Shown: positions 1-8,456 of the stretch, piece after piece
Layout of the letters: each line of letters starts with the position of its first letter
Numbering within the stretch: position 1 is the first letter of the stretch
Sequence record: OK040170.1
Strand: one strand, 5' to 3'
DNA: 64,000 bases
The notes under the pieces: model-generated
Told to the model about the DNA's origin: nothing
Databases searched by the model: none
What the model saw: only the letters and a program-made list of their open reading frames with translations
Position numbers and translations under genes: made by a program

Positions 1-405
1 AATCTCCCCTTAGCGCCATTGGAGATTTACTTACCCTGGAGAAAGTTTGAGATCGATAACCCGAATACCTCTAAGGATAATTCAATTTGGGAAATGGATC
101 ACTACGACAAAGCCTCAGAGATCTGCTCAACAATCCACCCTATCTTCGACAGACTAACGGATGCTCAACGTAAGTTCCACGTACGTAACGTTTATCAGAC
201 CTTAGGTAAAGATCTAAACTCTCCGTCCCTCTTTGTGCTCTATTGCGCAGATGAGGATAAACACGGATTACCTAAGGGAGGAACTCGCACGGCTACTAAG
301 TTAGCAGTAGATAGAAATATCCCTGTTTTGAACATCCGTGGTAAAACACTAACGTTTGTAATGGACTGGGTTCTAGAGATACTAGAGAGCCGGTTGTTAT
401 GTTAA
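1..405 (+). CDS. DprA/SLOG-like protein, 5' end truncated by the window edge
   Basis: Frame is open from base 1. EIYLPWRKF and KGGTRTATKLAVDRNIPVLNI match motifs I recall from phage DprA/SLOG-like proteins. Confidence 0.6.
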   Translation, partial: NLPLAPLEIYLPWRKFEIDNPNTSKDNSIWEMDHYDKASEICSTIHPIFDRLTDAQRKFHVRNVYQTLGKDLNSPSLFVLYCADEDKHGLPKGGTRTATKLAVDRNIPVLNIRGKTLTFVMDWVLEILESRLLC

Positions 406-436
406 TTCGACAACCATGTGAAAAGGAATAACCAAA

Positions 437-1306
437 ATGTTAAGATCAAAAATCTTAGCGCGCTCCGCAGTCAGCAACGAAAGTTTCCTCGACTCCTTGA
501 GAGCCAAAAAAGAACCAGAAACTAAAACGTTGCTGACGATCCCAGAGAAGACGATCGAAGCTACCGGGTATCTGGAAAAACACAAGAACGATGTCGAGAA
601 TAAACTCGGCTCCGCTGAGTGGGTAGCTGAGCATTCCGATATCTCAACGATCAATCCGCTTTGGAGCCTGGTTCTCCTTAATGGGGAACTCCCAGAGAAC
701 ATCGGTAAAGCGCTGACCGATAACTTCAAAGAAGCCATCGACTACGCCAAAGAAGGCGCGAAGGTACTCGAAGCTCGCAGTAAAGAGATCCGTGGTATCG
801 AGAAGAAACTGGACGAAGACTACCAGGCCGATAAAATCGAGAACGCTTCTGCCGCTATCCAAAGCGCCTACTCGGACATCAAATGTCCACTGGAAGACCT
901 TAAGTTCGACAAACCGATGCTCGGCGGTTTCGAAGTAGAGATGGACGGCACCAAACGCAAATACAAATTCCATGACGGTAAAGTCACCCTGGAAGAACTG
1001 CCTGCTGCCCAAGATATCGCCAAAGCGGTTAAAGTTGCTTTCGGTATCGTAGAAGAGGGTATGAAGTTCCTGAACGAATGGGACGACTACAAACTCTTCG
1101 ACGTTCCCGGTATCGATACTTCCGAAGGTATCTGGCGCGACCAATCCGTCAAGCACAACAACAAAAAGACCCGCGAGATCTCCGACTTCATCGATAGTGA
1201 GGGTCATGTAGAAGTCGCTGAGCTGTTCTACGTATCTCCTCTGCGTGCTGCGATTGATTCTGCGGTTGCCTTTATCCGCCTGGTCAACGACTCGAGCAAG
1301 AAGTAA
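437..1306 (+). CDS. Putative virion head protein with short cleavable propeptide
   Basis: 289-aa ORF, AAGGA RBS, host-optimal codons. N-terminal AVSNES resembles phiKZ-type prohead protease sites. Confidence 0.6.
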   Translation: MLRSKILARSAVSNESFLDSLRAKKEPETKTLLTIPEKTIEATGYLEKHKNDVENKLGSAEWVAEHSDISTINPLWSLVLLNGELPENIGKALTDNFKEAIDYAKEGAKVLEARSKEIRGIEKKLDEDYQADKIENASAAIQSAYSDIKCPLEDLKFDKPMLGGFEVEMDGTKRKYKFHDGKVTLEELPAAQDIAKAVKVAFGIVEEGMKFLNEWDDYKLFDVPGIDTSEGIWRDQSVKHNNKKTREISDFIDSEGHVEVAELFYVSPLRAAIDSAVAFIRLVNDSSKK

Positions 1307-1338
1307 ACCCTAATTACGGGTGGAATCCAAGTCACGTA

Positions 1339-1346
1339 TATATTAC
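1339..1346 (+). promoter_or_regulatory. phiKZ-type early promoter motif TATATTAC
   Basis: Exact match to the published phiKZ early (virion RNAP) consensus, intergenic, about 80 nt upstream of the GIY-YIG gene. Confidence 0.6.
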
Positions 1347-1425
1347 TCTAATGTAGGGGATTAGCTACCCTCTATTAAAAATCTTAACCTTGGCTTTCTT
1401 AGCCTCCTTTGCAAAGGATTTTTAA

Positions 1426-2772
1426 ATGAGTAAAGTAATACTGGCGGAAGATTCCACCTTAATCAATAAAAGTAGTTTACTCCTGGGCCAACCCGGCCCA
1501 GGGGTTTATGACCTTCTGATGACGATTGCGATCAACGCACTTCGTAAGCCTGAGGTCTTATTACCTGGCGCCCTGAAGGACGTCACCGAGCTTTTCAATA
1601 CCGAGCGATGGGGTAAGGAGGGATCTATTCCTCTTGCCTCCCTGCCGCCTTCTATAACGTCTGTATCGGGAGCGGAATTCTCAATCAACACCAAAGAAAC
1701 GATTTTCGAGGATGGCGATTACGAGAAGATCGTGGATATAATTCCGATTGACGACTTGATGGGTGATTTCGGATTCAACCGATCTGAGGGCGCTTTCGCT
1801 GGCGTCTATATCCTGACGTTCTCGAATAAACCGATCTCCTATATTGGATCGAGTGTAAACGTATTCAAACGTCTAAGGGAACATCGTAATAACCTGGCTG
1901 GCGATAGGCACTACAACAAGCGACTTCAGACCTTCTATAACCTGCACAAAGATGACCCTGTAGTTAGGATCAAAGTACAGGTTATTCGTACCGCTGAAAC
2001 CCAGACTCCTTTCTGGTTAGAGAATGAGACTTTGAGTTACGTTAAACGTAAACAAGCCGTGTTCAATATCGGAGATACTGCTGAACTGCCTAAGCTGGGC
2101 GTTTCGGTAAGTGAGGAGACTAGGAGTAGGATGTCTGAGTCTGCCCTAGGTAAGAAACTCTCTAAGGTAACGCGGGATAAAATGGCGGCGGTTAGAAAAG
2201 GAAAGGTTAACTCTGAAGAACATGTGTTGAAAACAACTAAAGCCCTTAGTAAGGAAATAATGGGCGACGGGATTAAGTATCCGTCTGCATCTGCAGCGGG
2301 TCGTATTCTCGGCATCAACCAGTCTACCATCACACGTAGATTGAGTAGTAAAGGTTATCCTGGATGGTACCTAATTGGTTCTGAGCATGACCCTGATGTT
2401 AAGTCAGGTAAAATAGAACAGACCACCGAAAAGAACGCAGATAACTTAGGGTATCGTATTGACGGTAAAATATACTTTACCTCAACCGAAGCCGGTAATG
2501 AGCTAGGGTACTCTTCATCTACTGTTAAACGTAGAGCAGATGATCCCCGGTTCCCAACTTGGGAGAGGATTGAAATAAATGATCCAGCTAGATTAGTTAG
2601 ATCAACCTCTAAAGCCGTGGTAGTCGACGGAGAACACTTCTTGTCCTTACGTATAGCGGCAGATTCACTAGGTGTTCACCCAAGGACAATTATCGATTGG
2701 ATGAACCATCCAGTTAACCATCCCAACACGTATTATGTTGGATCGGATAAAGATCCTTTAATTAAGAAGTAG
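1426..2772 (+). CDS. Free-standing GIY-YIG homing endonuclease with NUMOD3-like and HTH-like DNA-binding modules
   Basis: GVYILT...SYIGSSVNVFKRLREH catalytic motif; NUMOD3-like SEETRSRMSESALGKK; repeated ASAAGRILGI / STEAGNELGY / LRIAADSLGV modules; codon usage differs from neighbours. Confidence 0.9.
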   Translation: MSKVILAEDSTLINKSSLLLGQPGPGVYDLLMTIAINALRKPEVLLPGALKDVTELFNTERWGKEGSIPLASLPPSITSVSGAEFSINTKETIFEDGDYEKIVDIIPIDDLMGDFGFNRSEGAFAGVYILTFSNKPISYIGSSVNVFKRLREHRNNLAGDRHYNKRLQTFYNLHKDDPVVRIKVQVIRTAETQTPFWLENETLSYVKRKQAVFNIGDTAELPKLGVSVSEETRSRMSESALGKKLSKVTRDKMAAVRKGKVNSEEHVLKTTKALSKEIMGDGIKYPSASAAGRILGINQSTITRRLSSKGYPGWYLIGSEHDPDVKSGKIEQTTEKNADNLGYRIDGKIYFTSTEAGNELGYSSSTVKRRADDPRFPTWERIEINDPARLVRSTSKAVVVDGEHFLSLRIAADSLGVHPRTIIDWMNHPVNHPNTYYVGSDKDPLIKK

Positions 2773-2779
2773 AACATAG

Positions 2780-2805
2780 CCAGAGTACCCCGAAGGGTAC
2801 TCTGG
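2780..2805. terminator. Hairpin terminator between convergent genes
   Basis: CCAGAGTACCC-CGAA-GGGTACTCTGG, perfect 11-bp stem; T-run at 2827-2835. Confidence 0.8.
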
Positions 2806-2847
2806 ACTACTCTTCACGGTTACTTATTTTTTTTTGGCTAGACGGGC

Positions 2848-4236
2848 CTAGAATAGGTCACGTCGCCAATTCCATTTCTCTGTCTTAACTGCCTTCCCGT
2901 GCATTGCGCTCATCATCAAACTCATGAAAACGTTACCGGTCTCGGTCGCTAATGAGCTCAGAGACTGCCTAGAATCGACGTAGCGCTCACCAAGGCACTT
3001 CACGCAGAAGTTACCATCAACTGTATTACAGAACTGCGGAGAACGCATTACAGTAGGTTTTCCGTAAAACTGCTCAATGTTTGTTGGAGTAACCTGAACC
3101 ATCTTACCATTAACAAGTGCGTATGCCCAGAGATAGCCGGAAGCATTATCTGCATCGATGATGTGCTCGACTCCCAAGGTAGAACCGCAATCGTCTTCTG
3201 CAATGTTGGTGTTCAGGAAGAAGCGAGACAAGAACTTCGCAGCCTCACCACCCAGCGCTGTCAAGAAGCCACGGCTGTAAGAACCATCGATAAGTGAGTT
3301 AGCCATCTGCGGTAAACGTTTGATGTCCCATTGCTCTGCCAGGGAACGATCGATAACCGTGATCTTGTTGGGATCGTTAAAGTCACGTTCGATACCGTGC
3401 ATTACGTAGGACTTCATGCGCGTGATGTCAAAGTCTTTACCGTTCTTCAAGAACCCTTTCTCCGGGTCTTGATCCTGGAAGGCTTTATCCATATCTTTCA
3501 GCTCACCCATGATCTTCGCTACGACAGTTGCATCGTGGAGTTGATCCTTGTATTGCTCCAAGAGCTCGTTACGACGCTTGATGATATTTTTATCGGTCAA
3601 GATCGTGTAAGGAGTAGCAGCAGGGGCGGCCAATTGACACCAGCCAGTTACCGAATAGGCAGCTTGGTAATATTTCTTTTCCAGATCGTCGGTGTAGATC
3701 TTGGTAGCGTCACGCTCTTCCCCTTGTTCAGGAGTAGAAGTAAGTAACTCGGCGATTTTAGATTCGATAGCACCGATCTTGATTTGACCAGCCATGAAAG
3801 GAATCGTAGCACCGAAGCTGTGGCAGAGGATAGTTTGGTTTACTACCACGTTACCGTACCAGGTAGTCAGTTCCCGATCTACGTTTACCAGGTCGCCTTT
3901 GTTCAGTGTGATTTCATCTTTGAACCGGAAGAACGGATAGTTTAACCGGACTTCTTGGAGAGGTTCCCAGGCTTGCGTATCACGATCGAAGAAGACCACG
4001 CGGTCATCGTCTTTGAAGAGTTGATACGGATAGCGTTCGAACGCATAGCGATCAGGTTCGTTGTCGTAGACAATCTTTCCGTAAGGATCCTGAATCATTA
4101 GCTCTTTAGCCGTGATGAGGTTTTCTACCTCAGGACGATTAGGGAGCGCAACCATGGCGAAACATTCTACCATCCATTCCTTGTATTGGTAGGCACCCGC
4201 ACGGAGCGCCTTAAGGAAGTAATCTCGCTTAAGCAT
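2848..4236 (-). CDS. rpoC: Virion RNA polymerase beta' middle subunit (phiKZ gp80-like)
   Basis: EDDCGSTLG and RSPQFCNTVDGNFCVKCLG (beta' Zn site); SYSRGFLTALGG. Start moved to ATG 4236, which has a GGAG RBS. Confidence 0.9.
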   Translation of the reverse strand: MLKRDYFLKALRAGAYQYKEWMVECFAMVALPNRPEVENLITAKELMIQDPYGKIVYDNEPDRYAFERYPYQLFKDDDRVVFFDRDTQAWEPLQEVRLNYPFFRFKDEITLNKGDLVNVDRELTTWYGNVVVNQTILCHSFGATIPFMAGQIKIGAIESKIAELLTSTPEQGEERDATKIYTDDLEKKYYQAAYSVTGWCQLAAPAATPYTILTDKNIIKRRNELLEQYKDQLHDATVVAKIMGELKDMDKAFQDQDPEKGFLKNGKDFDITRMKSYVMHGIERDFNDPNKITVIDRSLAEQWDIKRLPQMANSLIDGSYSRGFLTALGGEAAKFLSRFFLNTNIAEDDCGSTLGVEHIIDADNASGYLWAYALVNGKMVQVTPTNIEQFYGKPTVMRSPQFCNTVDGNFCVKCLGERYVDSRQSLSSLATETGNVFMSLMMSAMHGKAVKTEKWNWRRDLF

Positions 4237-5071
4237 AGACAAACTCCGGGAGAGGCAGGGAAGCAATTTTACGGGTGACGGCTAACAGCTCAGCACCGTT
4301 GTAGTAGAACTCCATCTTAGAAGCCACGTTGGTTCTGACTTCATCTGGAGGAGTATCTGAAGCAATCGCTGAGAACAGAGCGTACTTAGCAATCAGTTCG
4401 CTATCGGTCGGTTTGAGATAACCCAGGAAATAATCCAGGTAGTTATCCATAGGCTCGCCAATAATACCGCCTTCAGTAAAGTAGGTACGGGCAGATTCGA
4501 TTTGGAGTTCCTGAAGAGCCAAACGAACACGCTCAACCAGCAGAGCATCGGCACTAGGGATTTGTTCATCGAATTGATAAGCGAGGTCAGCAAAGGCATC
4601 TTTCCATTGACGAACCAAGGTAGTCGATACGTCTTCGATGAAATCGAGCAAGCGCTCTTGCTGAATCTCAGGACTCACCGTACCGAGGATACTGACTACC
4701 GTTTCTTTGGCTGTCAGACCTTCATCAAGGAGATTACTGAGCGTAGCCATGTCTTCGTATTGGTCAACGCGGTAAAGTGCTTTAAGCGTATCGCCAAGCA
4801 GGAATAACGCATCGCGATAATCCATGTCATCAGCCAGGTAAACGCCAAAGTCTTCGATACCTTCGGTAACAACCTGAATAAGGAAGTTATCCAACTGTTC
4901 ACGGTTGTTGGTGGTGTCGTAACTGTCCATGAACCCGACGAACTGACTGAGGTTCATTTCCATCAATGAGGGGTCTAATTGCATCAAGAAAGGGAGCAAC
5001 CCTTTATATGCCGATACCCTTTCAGGCGAGTTAGTCTTTTCGACGTAACTCATTAAGTCTTCTAAGATCAC
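4229..5071 (-). CDS. Hypothetical protein, overlapping the start of the beta' gene
   Basis: 280-aa ORF, GTG start with GAGGG RBS, 8-nt overlap with the downstream gene. Confidence 0.75.
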   Translation of the reverse strand: MILEDLMSYVEKTNSPERVSAYKGLLPFLMQLDPSLMEMNLSQFVGFMDSYDTTNNREQLDNFLIQVVTEGIEDFGVYLADDMDYRDALFLLGDTLKALYRVDQYEDMATLSNLLDEGLTAKETVVSILGTVSPEIQQERLLDFIEDVSTTLVRQWKDAFADLAYQFDEQIPSADALLVERVRLALQELQIESARTYFTEGGIIGEPMDNYLDYFLGYLKPTDSELIAKYALFSAIASDTPPDEVRTNVASKMEFYYNGAELLAVTRKIASLPLPEFVYA

Positions 5072-5163
5072 GTGATGACCCTCAACGTTATTGAATAAAT
5101 ATTTACATAGGTACCGTATGAGATGTAGTCTTTTATATCAAAATTCTGATAAAGGAAAATAAG

Positions 5164-5577
5164 ATGCCAGTAAGCCGAAAACCTCGTAAGAAAACGAAGG
5201 CGGTGAAAGCTACATCTCGCCCCGAAGTAACCAGGGAAAAAGTCCTGGAACAAATCGAAGTAATCCGCCTGAAGCTGATTGAAATTTATCAACTTCTCGC
5301 TTATTACACCAAGCTGAAAGAAGCCGGGACCGTACCGGAAGACCAGCTGGAGTTATTCTCCGAAAAGATTCATACGATTGGCCAAGAGTTCAACACTTAT
5401 GCGACCAGTCTGGCTAAGTTTAAGAAAGAAGTGGAAGCTTTGGAAATAGGCTCAGACTGCGACCACTTGCGCGAAGTACTTAGTGAGTACCTTGTCAGGA
5501 TGTCAGCTTTCCTGGTGCCAATGGCAGAGTGTACTGATATTATCCTTAAAGTAGAAGGAAAGAAAGATGTCAACTGA
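5164..5577 (+). CDS. Hypothetical protein (basic N-terminus, helical/coiled-coil body)
   Basis: 137 aa, AAGGA RBS, overlaps the next gene start. Confidence 0.75.
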   Translation: MPVSRKPRKKTKAVKATSRPEVTREKVLEQIEVIRLKLIEIYQLLAYYTKLKEAGTVPEDQLELFSEKIHTIGQEFNTYATSLAKFKKEVEALEIGSDCDHLREVLSEYLVRMSAFLVPMAECTDIILKVEGKKDVN

Positions 5578-7312
5578 TTTAACTCCAGGCATGGATGTAA
5601 CCCCGCCTATCGACAACGAACAACCGGCAGCAGAACAAGTTATTGCTCCGGGAGTGGAAGTAGAAAAGAAGAACATCTTCGACGACTACGAAGTCGAAAC
5701 TGATGAACTTCCACCAACTATGCAGGTTGAACAACCAGCGCCGGTTGAGAAAGAAACTCCGGTAGAAATCCCGGAAGCAGATGTACCGGTAAAAGAACCG
5801 GAGCCTATTGAGGATCCTATCTATCCGGTAGAAGACGGTACCCTGAAGATTCAAGGTGACGTCTATAAACTGATCGACTCCAAAACCGGCGTGCAGTCCG
5901 GCATGGTATTGTTGAACACCACGCGTGAAGACTTCAACAACAAAACCGAACGCATGAGCGAAGAAGAAAGTAACAACATGGAAATTCTTCCGTTCCTGCT
6001 GACTGGTACCAGTGCCCAAGACACCGCTTACCCAGGCGAAGGTCTGATCAAAGCTACAACTCGTATCGGTAGCCGCTGGCGTCAATACCTGACCCAGGCT
6101 AACGACTCAACGCAACTGGGCCCTCGTCGCCATCGCTTTGCGCTGACTAAAGAACAAGGCGCAGTAGTAAGTGGCCACGGTGCAGTAGACCTCTTCATGG
6201 CAGGTACTAACCTGGGTCGCTCCGTACAGATCCCTCTGTGGCATTCTGGCTTCTGGGTAACTCTGCGCGCACCAACGGGTGCTTACCTGGCAGAGATCGA
6301 CCGTGCTCTGGCTTTCTCCCGTGAAGAGATCGGCCTGGATACTAACGGTGCTGTTGGTTCTAACGATGCGTTGGTATTCGACGAAGTTCTGCTGGACTCC
6401 GCATTGAAGTTGGTAACCAGCTCTACTCTGCCATTCTCCAAGAACCCATTGGAGCTGAAAGAGTTCATCGCTAAGAATGATATCCCGGTACTCATCTGGG
6501 GTATGGCGATGGCTGCATTCCCTGACGGTACTCCGATTGCAATTCCATGCGCCGAGTGCCACGATGTACAAACTGTTCATGCAAACCCGCTGCGCATGTT
6601 CTGGGTTGATGAGTCTCGCTTCACTGCGAAGCAACTGGCTCACATGGGCCGCACCAATAAAGTCCAAACGAAAGTTGAAGACTTGGTTAAGTACCATGAA
6701 GAGTTCGAAATCCTGAACACTGCTAACTGGGAATACAACGGTCGTGTGTTCTACTTCAACGATCCGTCTGCAGATGAGTACCTGGTACGTGGCCGCGAGT
6801 GGATCAGTTCGATTAACCGCGCACTGTCAGAATCTCTGCGTTCTCAATACGATGATGCTGAGCACCGTGCCGCAGCAGTTCAGTCGGCGCTGTCTACCGA
6901 AGACCTGTGCCGCTTTGCACATTACATCAAAGAGATCAAGGTTCCGTCCCAGGATCACGAAGGTGGTTACTACCTGATTCAGGACATGCCTACTATCATT
7001 GATGTCCTCCGTCAACTGGCCGCAGACGCGAAAGGTTCCATGGAACTGATGGTCGCTATCAACGACTTCGTCAATGACTCCATTGGCGCGTTGGTTGGGT
7101 TCCCTAACGTCGCTTGTCCAAGCTGTGGTAAATACCACTTGAACAAGAAAGGAGAAAGCACGGTTATCGTTCCGTTTAACCCTGCCACTGGTTTTTTTAC
7201 CCTTGCACAACACAGGATCCGCGTCTCGGGTGGAATACCACTGACAAACCTACAGACATTAGGAGTGAGCGCTTTGGTAACCAGGGTCTCGGAGAGCGGG
7301 CTGCCGGTATAA
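5567..7312 (+). CDS. Putative tail/baseplate-hub assembly chaperone, zero-frame product (581 aa)
   Basis: Acidic Pro-rich N-terminus, VQIPLWHSGFWVTL, two CxxC motifs (CAEC, CPSC), T7 slippery run near the 3' end. Function is inferred. Confidence 0.6.
   Translation: MSTDLTPGMDVTPPIDNEQPAAEQVIAPGVEVEKKNIFDDYEVETDELPPTMQVEQPAPVEKETPVEIPEADVPVKEPEPIEDPIYPVEDGTLKIQGDVYKLIDSKTGVQSGMVLLNTTREDFNNKTERMSEEESNNMEILPFLLTGTSAQDTAYPGEGLIKATTRIGSRWRQYLTQANDSTQLGPRRHRFALTKEQGAVVSGHGAVDLFMAGTNLGRSVQIPLWHSGFWVTLRAPTGAYLAEIDRALAFSREEIGLDTNGAVGSNDALVFDEVLLDSALKLVTSSTLPFSKNPLELKEFIAKNDIPVLIWGMAMAAFPDGTPIAIPCAECHDVQTVHANPLRMFWVDESRFTAKQLAHMGRTNKVQTKVEDLVKYHEEFEILNTANWEYNGRVFYFNDPSADEYLVRGREWISSINRALSESLRSQYDDAEHRAAAVQSALSTEDLCRFAHYIKEIKVPSQDHEGGYYLIQDMPTIIDVLRQLAADAKGSMELMVAINDFVNDSIGALVGFPNVACPSCGKYHLNKKGESTVIVPFNPATGFFTLAQHRIRVSGGIPLTNLQTLGVSALVTRVSESGLPV
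7192..7198 (+). other. Putative -1 programmed ribosomal frameshift site T_TTT_TTT
   Basis: X_XXY_YYZ heptamer in the frame of ORF 5567. The -1 frame has TAA at 7177-7179 and is then open to 7683. Confidence 0.75.
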
Positions 7313-7683
7313 TCGAAACCTACCACGGCCTAGGTAGTCTTCAGAGTAAGATAATGTTACGGCGTGCGTACGATCTGGATAACGGGATTTATTCAGAAGC
7401 CTACGACAAAGCGACACCTTACTCTATTATTGAGATGAACCAAGTGGAGGCAGCAGCTAACAAAGGTAAGTTCGTAGAGCTACTGGAGTTCTTCCGTCTT
7501 CATGAAGTGGGTAAGGAGCTAAATATGTCCTTTACTGAATTCATCAATCTCGATAACGACATAATCGAAACCATTAAGTTATGTTGCACGCGTTGGCGTT
7601 CAGAGGATGATAGTGCCACCCGTGAAGCATTGCAGAAAAGTGGGATCGACCCTAGGACGGGTAACCCTATTAAACCCGCGTAG
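7198..7683 (+). CDS. -1 frame C-terminal extension (predicted 705-aa fusion); includes the ORF called at 7354
   Basis: 52 sense codons (YPCTTQDPRLG...LQSKI) join the slippery site to ATG 7354, which lacks a clear SD. Confidence 0.7.
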   Translation, partial: YPCTTQDPRLGWNTTDKPTDIRSERFGNQGLGERAAGIIETYHGLGSLQSKIMLRRAYDLDNGIYSEAYDKATPYSIIEMNQVEAAANKGKFVELLEFFRLHEVGKELNMSFTEFINLDNDIIETIKLCCTRWRSEDDSATREALQKSGIDPRTGNPIKPA

Positions 7684-7747
7684 CGATAATGCCGCTTGGA
7701 AACAGGCGGCTAATCCTATGTAATAAACATACCTCAAGGAATTTGCC

Positions 7748-8410
7748 ATGAGCAAAAACAGACAAGACCGTATGCGTAGCCGTATGGCTGAAGCAAACGA
7801 ACTTTCGGATCAAGCCTCCAAAGTAGAGCAAGACCGAGTCAATACCCGCGAAGTACCGGAAGGCACCGACAGCGCTGCCAGCGTTGCTCAGGACTCTCCG
7901 ATTGGTGTATCTGTACAAACAGCTGCCCCTGAGCAAACAGCTCAGGTTAAGACTGTTGCTGACGTTTACGCCGGTAAGAGCGACACTGTTCGTTCTATCA
8001 TTATCCATCTGGAAACCTACACGCAGGAAATGGCGCCGGGTCGTTACATGACTCCTGACCAAATCCTGAGCAATCAGAAAATGCTGTTCCGCAATCTGCA
8101 GCAACTGGTTAACCTGCCAGACGCCGGCGAGTTCGCTATCTGCTTCAGCCGCCTGCTGAAACTGGTAAACGAAAACCGCAACAAAGCATTCGCTATCAAC
8201 ATGGTGATGCGTAACATGTCTGCGATGCCTCAGGGCGATAACCAGCTGAACAACTACCGTTTCTTCCTGGACACGGTAATCGCGTTCTCTGATCCGGCAC
8301 ATCGCCGTCTGAACATCAAAAAATGGAACCTGCAACAAGCGTCTCTGTTTGCCCTGCCGGCATTCCGTGATCGCCTGGCCGGATTCATTCGTGAGATCTG
8401 CGGCGAGTAA
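7748..8410 (+). CDS. Hypothetical protein
   Basis: 220 aa, AAGGA RBS, strong codon bias, TATGT motif upstream at 7717. Confidence 0.85.
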   Translation: MSKNRQDRMRSRMAEANELSDQASKVEQDRVNTREVPEGTDSAASVAQDSPIGVSVQTAAPEQTAQVKTVADVYAGKSDTVRSIIIHLETYTQEMAPGRYMTPDQILSNQKMLFRNLQQLVNLPDAGEFAICFSRLLKLVNENRNKAFAINMVMRNMSAMPQGDNQLNNYRFFLDTVIAFSDPAHRRLNIKKWNLQQASLFALPAFRDRLAGFIREICGE

Positions 8411-8422
8411 TAACGTCATATC

Positions 8423-8454
8423 CCCTCCTACAGACTTCGCGGTCTGTAGGAGGG
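8423..8454. terminator. Bidirectional hairpin terminator
   Basis: CCCTCCTACAGAC-TTCGCG-GTCTGTAGGAGGG, 13-bp stem between convergent genes. Confidence 0.85.
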
Positions 8455-8456
8455 AT

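Noticed and set aside
2827-2835. A9 run after the beta' stop as a possible slippage site
   Set aside because: It lies outside the coding region and is explained as the plus-strand terminator T-tract.
7354-7683. Independent 109-aa gene as given in the ORF track
   Set aside because: No clear SD, and the frame is open back to the slippery site at 7192; better explained as a frameshift extension, although independent initiation is not excluded.
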